Positions 49,481-62,892 of a stretch of DNA of 64,000 nucleotides are shown piece after piece; positions within the stretch are counted from its first letter, which is position 1, and the number at the start of each line of letters is the position of its first letter. Under the pieces are notes generated by a model, which was not told the origin of the DNA, ran no database searches, and worked only from the letters and a program-made list of their open reading frames with translations. The stretch lies in assembly GCF_030684315.1 (NCBI RefSeq), contig NC_081396.1, positions 558,001-622,000 of the forward strand, written 5' to 3'. A program made the position numbers and the translations under genes. This DNA comes from Stegostoma tigrinum (taxonomy: Eukaryota).

Positions 49481-51917
49481 ATGAAGAGTGAAGTTTCCTC
49501 GCTATTTTACTAGCAAAGATATGCAGGGCATACATGAAATTTACAGTGTGGAGGCGCTGGAAATTGCAAAGGCTCAGGGTTTTGATGATATAAAAGGGAA
49601 AGTGCGAGGAAAAACTCAGCAAATTTGGCTGCATCTGTGCACAGGGAAACAAAATTAACATTTCATGTCCACTATGATTATTCCCTGGAACTAAGAGTTG
49701 ACAACATCCCAGCTGTATTGCTCAAGACTTTGGCTTTTCTCAGCTAGTGAGACGTGTAGCCTTGAGTTTTAATTTATAATGTTTTCCTGTTATAAATTCA
49801 GGATTTCTAACCTTATCTCCATATATCCATTCAAATGGACTGAATTATATAAGAACAGGACAAGGCAATTCAGCCCATTGAGCTGATCCACCATTCAATA
49901 CAATCACTGTTGATCTCATCTAGGTCTCAACTCCACCTTCCTATCCACTCTCTATAAACTTTTAACTCATTACTAATTAAAAGTCTGTCAGTGTCCTTAA
50001 ACACACTGTGTCCTGCATCCACTGCACACAGGTGTCATGAATTCCACAGATTCATCAACTTCTGAGACAAGTTATTCCTCCTCATTCCTGTTTTAAATCT
50101 TCAAATAGAATCTTGTAGTTCAGAAGAGGCCTTCCCTTTGCCCATCAGGTCTGCACTGTAAAAACTGCTGTAAATCTGTACTAGTCCCACCTTCTAGCAT
50201 GAGGCCCACAGCTTTGAACATCATGACATTTCAAGTGCTTATCCTAGTCCTCTTTCAAGGTTATAACGTTACCCACCCGCCCTGGCAGTTCATTCCAGAT
50301 GCCCACAAGTCTCTGGGTGTGAAACATTTTTCTCAAATATCCTCTAAACCTCCTGCCTTCCAGCAGAAAAGTGTGATCCCATGTTAGTGACCTTTGAACA
50401 CCTGGTTTCTATCCACCCTGCCCATGCTCCCATAATCTTGTCCACTGCTACCAGGTGCCCTCATACCTGCTCTGATCCAAAGAAACCAACCCAAGCTTAT
50501 CCAACCTCTCTTCTGAGATCCATCCCAGGCAATATCCTGGTGAAACTCCAGTGCAATCACATCCTTCTTATAGCGTGGTGACCAGAACTGCACACAGTAC
50601 ACCCCCTTGCCTAACCAAAGCTCTGTACAGTTATAAGGTAACCTTCCTACCCCTACTCTTAAATCTACACTGACTGATAAAGGCAATGTCTTGTCTGCCT
50701 TCTTAACATAACAAATGCCTGCCACTTTCAAGGATTTGTGGACAAGCACCCCAAAATCCCTTTCTTTCTCTGAGCTTCCGAATGTTCTGCCTTTCATTGA
50801 GTACTTCCTTGTCTTATTACTTCTTCCAATGTACATCCCCTTAGCTTCACCAGGGTTAAATTCCATCTGTCACTGATCTGTCCATCTGACAGTCCATTTG
50901 TAGGTTTTGCGTCTCAATCTCTCCCTTCGCCTGAGCCAGAGTGACTTCAGGCTAAAAGCACCATCAATCATCTCTTTCTCATGAGAGAGCAGCCTTATGG
51001 TCTGAGAACACTATGGCAACTTTCCCTTATATCCTCTGATAACCTAAGACCTTATTTTTTACTGTCAACCATCCAACCAATCTTTGTGCCATCCACAAAT
51101 TTACTTATCATCTCTCCACATTCTCATCTACATGTTTATAAATATATATTTATCTATATCACATAAACAATAAGAGACTCAATAATAATTTCTGTGATAC
51201 GCCAATAGATACCAGTCTCAAATCATACAAACATTTGTTTTCTTTTGTCCTAAACCATGACCACTTATTTCACATTGCCCCAGAAGGGAAACTACCTCTC
51301 AACATCTACTTTGTCAATATTGTCTAATATCTTAGATACGTCAAATAGATCTCCTCTCATTCTTCTTCATTCAGAAGAGTGCAGGCCTAACTGCACAATC
51401 TCTCTCCATAATGTTATCAGTTTGTATCCTCTGCATACACTTCCAAATTATGTTTTCCCTTCATTGACACCTCTGGAAGACAAATTACATCACCACCATC
51501 ACTATCAGTAACTGACTTGCTCCAGTCTCTATCAATATCTTTGTTCACTTACATCAGCAATTTGAAGAAGGAAATACTACTTCCTTGATAATAACACTCC
51601 AAACATCTGGAAGTCAGATTTACTTGATCAGTAATCGAGGAATAATTATTTTGTCAGTCCTGAGCCATCGCCCTTCCTTCCAAGGTTCTATGCTTCAACT
51701 GTACCATTACAACAGGTTTACAACCCATTTTCATTCTCGATTACTAGATTTTCTATCGACTGTTATGGGGACAAATTATGGAGATTCATCATCTACATCG
51801 CAGACGCTGTTGCTCGATTCAAACCCTGGACTCTCTCTCCATCAGTACGTACGTCACATGGACTGCAGAGATTTGAGAATTCAACTCGCTAGCATCTTTG
51901 CAGGGGTCAACTAGTTA

Positions 51918-52248
51918 CTCATAGAAGTCACAAAATCCCTACAGTGTGGAAACAGGCCCTCCAGCCCAACAAGTCCACACCAAACCTCAGAGCATCCCAC
52001 CCAGACCCATCCCCTATAAACTCACCTAATCATACACATCCCTGATTAGCGCAGATAATTTAGCATCCCTAATCCACCTAGCCTGGACATCTTTGGACTG
52101 TGGGAGGAAACCACAGCATGCAGAGGAAACCTGAGCAGACACAGGGAGAATGTGCAAATTCCACACAGACAGTTCCCCCAAGGGTGGAATCGAACCTGGG
52201 TCCCTGGTGTTGTGAGGCAGCAGTGCTACTGAGCCATCGAGCCACCAT
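51918..52248 (-). mobile_element. HE1-type SINE
   Basis: Minus-strand ggtggctcgatggctcagtagcactgctgcctcac head and V-domain; absent from copy 1 (~34575). Confidence 0.9.
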
Positions 52249-53029
52249 TGTGAACAATAATTGCCAATCTCACCAAAGTGCTCACGTTTCACAAAGCAAC
52301 AAAACCAGAGGAACACGAGAAGGTGCAAAATACAGGAAAACAGGATTTAAAGAGCAGGATAAGGACATTCCGCCATTCACAAGCCAACCTAAGCTCCAAT
52401 TCACCCAGACTATAGCAATTACTTCCATTTTAATCTTTTCATTCTTGAGGTGTGGGTGCCAGGTGGTTTGATCCAACCCGAGCAGCTTGGTCAGAGGGCA
52501 ATTGGGAGTCAAACACATTGATTTGGATCTGAAGTTACATGAAGGCAAACAAATGTGAAATACATTTTTAGGGCTGATATTTCCATCATCATTATGAATT
52601 AAATCAGATGTGATTTTAGTTTTATGAATTAGACTTAGTGTTACAGAACAGTCGGAGCACAGGAGACCATTCAGCCCGACTTGTCTATGCTGCCCCACTG
52701 AAGCAGCAATCAGCCAGTGTAGCCCGCTGAGTCTTCCTCATTCTGCAAAACTTTTCCTTACATTTACTGATCCAATTTCCTTTTGAAGACCTCAACTGAA
52801 TCTGCCTTCACTGCACTCTCAGGGAGTGTGTTCCAGATCTGAACCAGTCACTCGGTACAAACACACTCCTCGAGTCACCGTTACTTCTTTGGTAATTACC
52901 ATAAATCCGTGCCCTCTAGATTGCCCAGGGATCACTCCGAGGTGAGCCCTTACAATTCCACATGGGGACTGGAGCCACATATGGGGCAGGCCTGGGAGAG
53001 GCGGGGCCGGTTCTGTCCTGAGATACCAT

Positions 53030-54120
53030 CTGTGCATTATACCGGCTCCAGGCTCTATTTTAAAAGTAGGTGCGCTTATATTTTTTTGTTCTCCCGCAAA
53101 CGAATCCGGGATTTTACATTGAACTCAACTGAGCCGGACAGGGTCAAAGTGCGTGCGGTTGCGGAGTTCGCTGGATGAGTGCAATTTATACATTTTGCTT
53201 TCTCTTCTTCTCCTGCATTCATCCTTCTTATTTGTCTTTGTCGTCATCATCCTTTCTATCTCTATTTCGTTCTTCCTCCTCCACCACGCCCTCAGGGTTT
53301 AAATACCCGGCTCCGCTCCACTCCACCTGCCCCTCCAGGCTCCGCCAATCACAGCTTTTCCCACTCTCTCTACCTCCTCGCGCTCCGGCCTTTGAGATTT
53401 AAATATAAAACCTACTTTGGCATTCTGCGGGAACTGGGCCCACCAATCAGAGCACCGCTTTTCCGCTCGCGCTTCAACATTTGGGGGCTCGAAGATACAG
53501 AGCCCCTTCAATCCCCACGTGACTCTCTGCCGATCCAAAGCCGCCGTTGCAACGGCAAAAGCTCAGCCCCACCTCCTCAAACATCACCATCGCAATGGAG
53601 CGCTTGGTTCTTCCTGGTTGGTGGACTGCAAATGTAGAATATCCTATCAGCGCCTCGCTCGCACCCTTTCCATGCTTTAATTTTTGCAATTGGATGCACC
53701 GTGTCAATTGGCCCGCTCCGCACCACATGATCGGTGACTCTCCAATCGCCGCGGCTCTCCTTTCTCGCTCTTCGCCTGGTGCCGCTCGCGCTCCGGCCGT
53801 TGGCGGTTTGAAAAGCCTGAGGTCGCGCGGGCGGCGGGTGACGCTCCTTCAGTCTCCTGCAGTCAGTCTGTGGAGGGCGGCCTCAGGGGGAGGATACTCA
53901 CCCAGATCGCACAGGGACATACAGGGGCTAAAGAGTGGAATGAATAAGGGAAGGGGGCAGACTGAGCGGACATTTGGAGGGATTTCCAACCTCACTCCCA
54001 CTCAAAGATAACAGTAAAAATCCCGAAGAAGCTGAGGGAAAGACCAGGAGAATACATTTGGGGCTCCGTCCGCGGGGCATCTGGCTGAGGACATTGCGCC
54101 GCTTGGCATCTCTTCCTACT
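53030..54120. promoter_or_regulatory. CpG island with promoter-like motifs (copy 2)
   Basis: CpG-dense; CCAAT at ~53345, 53444, 53742; TTTAAATA at ~53298 and ~53398; GGCGGTTTGAA at 53802-53812. Confidence 0.75.
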
Positions 54121-54705
54121 TTCTATCAGGAACCTGGGATTGGTATCCAGTTTACCATTGATCCCACTGGATTGTCCAACACACATCAATGCAGCAGGTG
54201 AAGTTAGTGGCTGTTGTGAGAATCTGGAGTTTTTGAAGTTCATAATTTATTTGTATCGTTTCAGATCTTGGTCTCCAAAGTGGACAAATAATGAATAGTT
54301 GAACATTTGTTCTGTGTTTCTATGTTGTGTGTGTCCACATGGTTATAGGTTCATTCTCTACTTGTTCTGTGCATACTGCAGCATTGTCTAGAGTTTATTT
54401 ACAAGTGTTTAATGGGACAGCCAAACTCTTGAGGTGAACAGTTGAATGCATTAGGAAACAAATGAGAAAAAAAATCACATGGGACTTGAAATATTAACTT
54501 TGTTTATGTTTCCCCAGATGCTGCTAGACCTGCTGAGTTTCCTCAGTATTTTATGTTTATGATCCAGGGCATCAATCTGAGAATCTCAAATACTAATCCA
54601 GTGACACTACCATGGCATCGCAGCCTCCTTTTGCTTTATTGCTGACCAGCAAGTCTCCAAATTTATTTGTGCAACACCAACTTTGTGTTTGTAATTTTAC
54701 AATAG

Positions 54706-55085
54706 TTTATAATAGACCTGAAAGCCCTGATCTCTCACAGTCGTTCAGCTGAAGGGAAGGAGTACGATGGATCCTGTAGCATTCATTCTCTTGGTATCCT
54801 TGACTTGTTGGCTGCTGCTCCAAATCCGAAACAGGTCATTGACCTCAGTGCTGTTTCCAATCACCTCAATGTTCCTGGTGAAGAATCTGACTGCATTGAC
54901 ATTAGCGATATGGGGTTTGAAAGATGAATGGTCACAATGCGGTTTTGGTGCAATGGCAGTGAATGCAGTGGTTCACAATGAAGATCGACAGTTATGTCCC
55001 ATTACCCTTGTCCTTGAAGACCTTCAGACAATTCAACCATCCTGGGATGTTTTTGAACAAAGTGTTCAAATTTCTGTGGTGGGAA
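54706..55085 (+). pseudogene. Decayed coding-like segment, possibly a DEAD-box helicase remnant (copy 2)
   Basis: 73 open codons 54706-54924 (..GILDLLAAAPNPKQVIDLSAVSNHLNVPGEESDCIDISDMGFER*), then AVNA..RQ..T..VQISVVG in another frame. Confidence 0.33.
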
Positions 55086-55319
55086 ATCCTGATAGAGAGA
55101 TTTTTCCAGACTGAATTTGTAGGATTCAAATAAAGAAGGCTCAGTTCAGTGGCATGTCACAGAAGTATTCAACATGGAAGCAAATCCTTTGGCTCTCTTG
55201 TCAAGACTAACTAGATTTTCTAAACTGAATTACTCCCACCTCCTTGCATTAGCCAATATCCATCTAAACCTTTCTTATTCATGTTCCTTTCCAAATGCCT
55301 TTTAAATGTTGAAAGTATT

Positions 55320-55680
55320 GGTGGGTGATGGCCCATTGGTATTATTGTGGGACTATTCATCGAAAAACCCAGTGAATATGAGGGGGACTCAGGTTCGAAT
55401 CCCACTATGGCAGATGATGAAATTTGAATTCAATAATTTTTTTCAAAAAGTCTGGAATTAAGGATCTACTGATTGCCATGAAAAAATTGCTGGTTGTCAG
55501 AAAAACCCATCTGGTTCACTAATACCCTTCAGGGAAGGAAATCTGCCACCCTCACCTGGTCTGGCCTAGGTGTGACTCCAGACCTGCAACAATGTGGTTG
55601 ACTCTCAACTGCCTTTTGGAATGACCAAGCAAGTCACCCAGTTGTACCAATCACTACAAAGTCTCAAAGAAATGAAACTG
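55320..55680 (+). mobile_element. DeuSINE-type (SacSINE-like) element
   Basis: ggttcgaatccc head and aaaacccatctggttcactaat..cttcagggaaggaaatctgcc core. Confidence 0.75.
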
Positions 55681-55699
55681 AAAAGATCACTTGGCATTG

Positions 55700-58215
55700 A
55701 CCTAGGCACTGTAGTTCATAGTACAGTGTTTCTTAGTACAGCCCTGTTGACCCTACAAACTCCTCCTCACTAACATCTGGGGATAAATTGCAAAAATGGG
55801 ACAGCTGTCTCACAGTCCAGTTAAGCAACATCCTGACATTGTATAAGACGCGCAATCATGCTTTACAGACCATGTCCCAGACACCACCATCACCATCCCT
55901 GGATATGTTCTGTCTCACAAGTAGGACAGACCCAGCAGAGGTGGTGGCACAGGGTGTACATTTGGGTGGGAGTCCTCAACATTGACTCCAAACCCCATGA
56001 AGTTTCATGGCTTCAGGTTAAACTTGAGGAAGGAAACTTCCTGCTGATTACCACATACCATCCTCCCTCAGCTGATGAATTAGTACGCCTCAATGTTGAA
56101 CTTAGAAGAAACACGGAGGATGGCAAAGTCAGAAAATATACTCTAGATGGGGGATTTCAATGTCCACCACCAAGAGTGGCTTGGCAGCAGTACTGCAGAT
56201 CAAGCTATTTGGGTTCCTAAAGGACATAGCTGCTAGACTGGGTCTGTGCAGGTGGTGAGGGAACCAACAAGAGGGAACAAGATTCTTGACCTCAACCTTA
56301 CTAATCTGCCAGCTGCAATTGCATCTGTCCATTATAGTATCGGTAAGAGTGACCACCGCATGGTCCTTATGATGATGAAGTCCCACCTTTTCATGGAGAA
56401 TAAGCTCCATTGTGTTGTGTGGCACTATCACCGTGCTGAATAGAATAGACTTCGCACAGATCTGGCAACTCAAGACTGAGCAGAGCACTGAAGACTTGTG
56501 CTCCAAAACTTGCTGCCTCCCTACCCAAGCTGCTCCAATGCTGTTGTAACACTGGTAGCTACCCGACAATGTGGAAAATTTCCCAAGTATGTCCTGTACA
56601 CAAAAAGCAGGACAAATCCAACCTGGCCAATTACCGCCCCATCAGCCTACTCTTGATCGTCAGTAAAGTGTTAGAAAGTGTCATCAACAGTGCTATCAAA
56701 CAGCACCTGCTCAGCATTAACCTGCTCAGTGACACCCAATTTGGGCTCCACCAGGACCACTCACCTCCTGACAACATTACAGTCTTAATTCAAACACGGA
56801 CAAAAGAGCTGAATTCAAGAGGGTGAGGTGAGAATGACAGCCTCTGATATCAAGGTTGCATTCGACTGAGTGTGGCATCAAGGAGCTCTAATAAAATTGG
56901 AATCAATGGGTATTAGGGGGCACATTATCCAGTGATTAGAGTCAGACCTGACACACAAGAAGATGGTTAAAATTGTATTAGAGATAATGGGAACTGCAGA
57001 TGCCAGAGAATCCGAGATAACAAAGTATGGAGCTGGATGAACGCAGCAGACCAAGCAGCATCTTAGGAGCACAAAAGATGACATTGGGGCCTAGACCCTT
57101 CATCAGAAAAGTTGTTTGGGGAGAGGGTGCTTAGCCTGCTGTGTTCATCCAGCTCCACACTTTGTTACATAGGAAGATTGTCATGGTTGTTGGAGGTCAA
57201 TCATCTCAGCTCCAGGACATCTCTGCAGGAGTTCCTCAGGATAATGTCCTGGGCCCAACCATCTTCAGCTGCTTCATCAATGACCTTCCCTCCATCATAA
57301 GGTCAGAAGTGTGGATGTTCACTGATGATTGTGCAATGTTCAGCACCATTCGCGACTCCTCAGATGCTGAAGCAATCCATATTCAAATGCAACAAGATCT
57401 GAACAATATGCAGGCTTGGACTGACAAGTGGCAAGTGACATTCGCACCACACAAACGCCAAGCTATGACCATCTCCAATAAGAGACAATCTAACCACCGT
57501 CCCTTGATATTCAATGGTGTTACCATCACTGAATCCTCCACTATCAACATCCTGGGTGTTGTCATTCACCAGAAACTCAACTGTACTCACTACATAAGCA
57601 CAGTGGCTACAACAGCAGGCCAGAAGCTAGGAATACTGTGGTGAGTAACTCACCTCCTGACTTCCCGAAGTCTGTCCACCATCTACAGGGCACACATCAG
57701 GAGTGTATGGAATACTCCCCACTTGCCTGGATGAGTGCAGCCCCAACAACACTCAAGAAGCTTGACATCATCCCAGACAAAGCCACCTGCTTGATAGGCA
57801 CTACATCCACAAGCATTCACTCCCTCCACCGCCGACTCTCAGTCGTAGCAGTTTGTACCGTCTACAAGATGCGCTGCAGAAACTCACCAAAGATCCTCAG
57901 ACAGCACCTTCGAAACCCACGACCACCTCCAGCTAGTAGGACAAGGGCATCAGATATTTGGGTACACCATCACCTCCATGTTCCTCTCCAAGTCACCCAC
58001 CATCCTGACTTGGAAATATATTGCTGTTTATTCACTGTCACTGGGTCAAAATCCTGGAATTTTCTCCCTAGTAACATTGTGGGTCAACCCACAGCAGGAG
58101 GACTGTAGCGATTCAAGAAGGCAGCTCACCACCACCTTGTCAAGGGCAACTAGGGATGGGCAAGAATTGCTGGCCAGCCAGCGACACCCACATCCCACAA
58201 ATGAATAGAAAAAAA
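55700..58215 (+). mobile_element. Decayed CR1/L2-clade LINE with internal deletions
   Basis: QVVREPTRGNKILDL..SDH, WKISQVCPVHKKQDKSNLANYRPISLL, AGVPQDNVLGP, FTDDC; A-rich 3' end at ~58210. Confidence 0.9.
56980..57168. mobile_element. Older Penelope fold-back insertion inside the LINE
   Basis: Full antisense terminal repeat followed by a short sense arm (gcctgctgtgttcatccagctccacactttgtta). Confidence 0.85.
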
Positions 58216-59640
58216 ATTGTGCTTGCCCCTATCATTTACTCTGGCAGTTCAAGCCATATGTGAACCACTCTCTGTATGAAAAATTTGTCCTCCTCACCTC
58301 AAACCTCTAGTTCTGGACTCCCCTACCCTGGAAAAACCTTGATTATTCATTTTATCTATGCCTCATGATTTTATAAGCCTCTATAAGTTCGCCCCTCAGC
58401 CTCCTGTGCTCTAGGGAAGAAAAGACTCCCAGTCTATAGCCTTACATCTCAAATCCTCCAGTGCTGGCAACATCTTTGTAAATTTTTTCTGCACCATTGC
58501 CATTCATACGACATCCTTCCTATAGCAGGAAAACCAGAATTATATGCAGAGCTCCAAATAGGAATGTGAACCTACATCTACCGCATTCCCCACCACCACC
58601 AACCTCCGGCACCCCGACCAACTCCCAGCTTGGAATCTGAATTGGTTGTGGTCATTCTAGATTGTTAACTCTTCACTTTAGCAGCATTTGGTGAGAATGA
58701 TAAGGAAAATCCATCAATCAGAGAAGAACTGAAATGTTTTTGAGGTATTAAGTTGAAGCCAGCAGGGGGTGACACCTAAAATAAAATAAAATCTCACCAC
58801 TGAGATCAGACAGGCACCACAGTTGATAGTCGCCAAATTACTAAGTAGCAGCTGTCCATTTAGGGGAAACTACACAGAGAGTGGATCGCGTGGGGAGCTC
58901 CAGGTCCCTGACGTGGTGTCACTGAAGGAGAGGAGATATAGTTCAAAGTCAGAATGCTAAGCTCCTTGGAGGGGAATATCCAGATGCTGGTGTTATTAGG
59001 AGCTTGCTGCCCTCTGTCTAGGTGGTAGGTTTTGTAGGTTTGGGAAGTGCTGGAGAAGCTGCCTTGACAAGGTGCTGCAAAGAATTTAACAGATGGCACA
59101 CATTGCAGCCACTTTGTGTCATTGCTTAAGGAACTGGATGGTATATCAACCAAATGCGTTGTAAAGTCCTGGATTGTGTTAAGCATCTTGACTGTTGATG
59201 AAACTGCAGTCAGCCTGTAAAGTGAAAAGTATTCTATCACATTCCTGAGTTCTGCCTGGAAGGTGGTGGTCAGGATGTGGGGAGTCAGGAAGTGAGTTAT
59301 CCATCACAGAATTCCAATCCTCCACAAAGCTGGGATCAACAAAGCAGCCAATTTCCTGTAAAATGATGAGGCACTGGCATCAGATCAAGCCAATCTTTGA
59401 TTTAAAAATTGAAAATTTTCTTGGTGCAACTAGGTTGAGGGTAAATTATGAAGAGAATGAAAGGGATATAAGATTGAGCAATGTGGATCAATGTAAAACA
59501 ATGTGCAGTGCAGTAAAAAATGGAGAGTTTGATGTTTGCCAAGAAGAATCAATCAAGAGACTTTAATTAAAATTGAAAGATATCACAGGACTCTGAGGTA
59601 CAGAGGGTTATGGGTGAACTGGGATATGAATTAGGTTGAG

Positions 59641-60613
59641 AGATAATGGGAACTGCAGATGCTGGAGATTCCAAGATAATAAAATGTGAGGCTGGATGAA
59701 CACAGCAGGCCAAGCAGCATCTCAGGAGCACAAAAGCTGACGTTTCGGGCCTAGACCCTTCATCAGAGAGGGGGATGGGGGGAGGGAACTGGAATAAATA
59801 GGGAGAGAGGGGGAGGCGGACCGAAGATGGAGAGTAAAGAAGATAGGTGGAGAGGGTGTAGGTGGGGAGGTAGGGAGGGGATAGGTCAGTCCAGGGAAGA
59901 CGGACAGGTCAAGGAGGTGGGATGAGGTTAGTAGGTGGCTGGGGGTGCGGCTTGGGGTGGGAGGAAGGGATGGGTGAGAGGAAGAACAACTGCACCTCCC
60001 AGTCGCAAACCATTTCCACTCCCCCTCCCATTCTCTTGATGACATGTCCATCATGGGCCTCCTGCACTGCCACAATGATGCCACCCGAAGGTTGCAGGAA
60101 CAGCAACTCATATTCCGCCTGGGAACCCTGCAGCCATATGGTATCAATGTGGACTTCACCAGTTTCAAAATCTCCCCTTCCCCCACTGCATCCCTAAACC
60201 AGCCCAGTTCATCCCCTCCCCCCACTGCACCACACAACCAGCCCAGCTCTTCCCCCCCACCCACTGCATCCCAAAACCAGTCCAACCTGTCTCTGCCTCC
60301 CCAACCGGTTCTTCCTCTCACCCATCCCTTCCTCCCACCCCAAGCCGCACCCCCAGCTACCTACTAACCTCATCCCACCTCCTTGACCTGTCCGTCTTCC
60401 CTGGACTGACCTATCCCCTCCCTACCTCCCCACCTACACCCTCTCCACCTATCTTCTTTACTCTCCATCTTCGGTCCGCCTCCCCCTCTCTCCCTATTTA
60501 TTCCAGTTCCCTCCCCCCATCCCCCTCTCTGATGAAGGGTCTAGGCCCGAAACGTCAGCTTTTGTGCTCCTGAGATGCTGCTTGGCCTGCTGTGTTCATC
60601 CAGCCTCACATTT
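59641..60613. mobile_element. Young Penelope-like insertion with long inverted arms
   Basis: ~309-bp arms (59679-59987, 60308-60616; one mismatch seen) around a sense GIY-YIG C-terminal fragment; 16-bp TSD TATGAATTAGGTTGAG (59625-59640, 60614-60629). Confidence 0.95.
60527..60558 (+). ncRNA. Minimal type I hammerhead ribozyme motif in the Penelope terminal repeat
   Basis: CTGATGA-A-GGGT-CTAG-GCCC-GAAA-CG-TC-AG: both catalytic boxes, stem II, palindromic ACGT stem III and a GUC cleavage triplet. Intact minus-strand cores also at 59737-59768, 47848-47879 and 27972-28001. Confidence 0.7.
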
Positions 60614-60671
60614 TATGAATTAGGTTGAGTTGGTCTGGAAGGACGGCAAATGATTAGGAAGGCAAAGAGAT

Positions 60672-60819
60672 AGTAGGAACTGAAGATGCTGGAGAATCTG
60701 AGATGACAAGTTGTAGAGCTGGATGAACACAGCAGGCCAAGCAGCATCGGGGAGCAGGTTAGCTGACGTTTCGGGCCTAGACTCTCCTTCAGACCCTTGA
60801 CCCTATACCTTGTTATCTC
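60672..60819 (-). mobile_element. Short Penelope terminal-repeat insertion
   Basis: 16-bp TSD AGGAAGGCAAAGAGAT (60656-60671, 60820-60835). Confidence 0.88.
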
Positions 60820-62179
60820 AGGAAGGCAAAGAGATTGTTTTTTCATTCATTCACAGGATGTGAGCATCACTGGCTGGGTCAGCATTTATCCCCCATTCCT
60901 ATCCACCTCAGAGAAGGGGGGAGTGAGAGAGACTGATTATTTTGCAGAACCAGAAATTAAACTGCAGTTTTCTCTGTTCAACATTCAATCATTTTGTTTG
61001 CACTGATCTATTCCGTCTATTTTCCAAAAGGCAGCAATTCATGTCTCGGTGTTTCAGTTCTCTTAACAACAGTGTGGAGCTGGAGAAACATCAACTTTGC
61101 TGCTCCTCTGATGCTGCCTGGTCTGCAATATTCCTCCAGCTCCACACTGTGTTATCTCTGATTCCAACATCCGCAGTTCTTGCTATTTTTGTTCTCTTGC
61201 TGGCTCTATCCATTTCCCCTGTATCCTCCTTAAGTCTGTTACTGTTCTCTTCCCTGTTTACTCCATTGTCAATTTGGGTGCCATCTGCAATGTGCAGTTA
61301 TGTCCTGTAATTAATATATAACAGAAAATGCAGTGCTCCTGATACGAACCTCTATTGGATTGCACTCCGTAGCTCACGTCAATCTTTAAAAAATTCCCAC
61401 TGCCATGTCTGTCTCTGACCCAATATTGTATCCTTTCTGCTATGACCCCTTTAATCCCATGACTGTTAATTTATCTCTTTGTTCAGTTTTAAGACAATAT
61501 CTCTTTCACATGAAGGAATTGGGCCCAGACAATTCTGTTTACCCTGTATTCTATCAAAACTTAAGAGAGAGTGACGGGAGAGATTTTTCACAAAGTAATG
61601 CCTCTGTACAACTTTTGGTACACGTCCAGGGCAGGACCAATTCTGGGCTAAATACAGTGTAAATCTTCCTTTACATGCCATCCTCATCAAACACTCCTAG
61701 GACAGGGACAGCATGGGGTTAGATACAGGGTAAGTTACCGCAACCCCCCCCCAACCCTGCATTGTCCCCATTGAACACTTCCTCTCTACAGGTTTCAGAT
61801 CCCATCTCCACACTGTCCAATGACTGTAGATGTGCCTCTGAATTTTGTAACATCATTCAGAGAGCTATTCAGCTCAGTGAACCTTCACAGCTTTCTCTCA
61901 CTCTCTCTCTCATTGTCTCTGTCTCTATCTCCCTCTGTCTCTCTGTTTACCTCTTGCTTTTCTGTCTTCCTTCCTTCTCGCTTCAGTAGTTTCCTGAGAG
62001 TATGTTATAACATTGTAATGTTAATTCAGACTACATACTGAGTGTAACCTTTTTTGCTGTGTCCTGGATGATAGAAGATTAGCCAGTGAACAGTAAACAG
62101 GGTTATTTTCTGTTGGTGAGCTAGTACCAGTGGGAATACGAGAAGGGAAAAATGTCGTGTCTCCAGGTTTAGCTACACA

Positions 62180-62720
62180 AAACCCTGGTTCAGCATATCT
62201 GGAGTCTTGCGTCCAGTTCTGGTCACCTCATTACAGGAATTATGTGGAAGCATTGGAAAAGGTGCAGAGATTTACCAGGATGTTGCCTAGAATGGAGGGA
62301 AGGCCTTACAAGGAAAGATTGAGAGAGCTAGGGCTTTTCTCTTTAGAATGACGAAGGATGAGAGCCGACTTGATAGAGTTGTACAAAATGATCAGAAGTA
62401 TAGGTAGAGTCAGAGACTATTTCCTAGTGTGCAGGTAGCTATTACGAGGGGGTATAGTATTAAAATGAATGGAAGTAAATAGGGGGAGACATCAGAGGTA
62501 GTTTCTTTACTCAGAGAGTGGTAGGGGTGTGGAATACATTGCCGGAGAGGGTAATGGAGTTGGCCTCATTAGGAGCATTTAAGCGGCTATTAGATAGGTA
62601 TATGGATGATAGTATAATGTAGAGGCAGAGGTTAGATAGACCTTAGGTTTAGGGAAAAATTCTGGCACAACATCGTGGGCCAAAGGGCCTGTCGTGTGCT
62701 GTACAGTTCTATGTTCTGTG
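62180..62720 (+). mobile_element. CR1-type LINE 3' fragment
   Basis: LESCVQFWSPHYR..ALEKVQRFTRMLP..Y.ERLRELGLFSLE; tail gttctatgttct. Confidence 0.88.
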
Positions 62721-62892
62721 TTCGCTGACAAGACCACATTGAGTGGGAGAGAAAGCTGTGGGGATGACAAAAGAGGCTGGGAACAGATAAGGACAGGTTC
62801 ACTAACTGGGAAGCAATTGGCAGATGGAATATATTGTAGTGAAATATCCATTTGAAGCAGAGATTTCCAAACTAACTCGATGGCTTATTAAA

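Larger units (their letters stand above)
47640..59230 (+). repeat. Segmental duplication, copy 2 (expanded by later insertions)
   Basis: Collinear with 30800-38220; carries extra Penelope (47786, 49297), HE1 (51918) and a ~3.4-kb LINE/SINE block (55160-58560). Confidence 0.93.

Noticed and set aside
54767-55114. 115-aa ORF with a hydrophobic, P450-like or signal-peptide-like N-terminus (MDPVAFILLVSLTCWLLL)
   Set aside because: No downstream P450 features such as the Pro-rich hinge, and the paralog shifts frame after ~20 codons.
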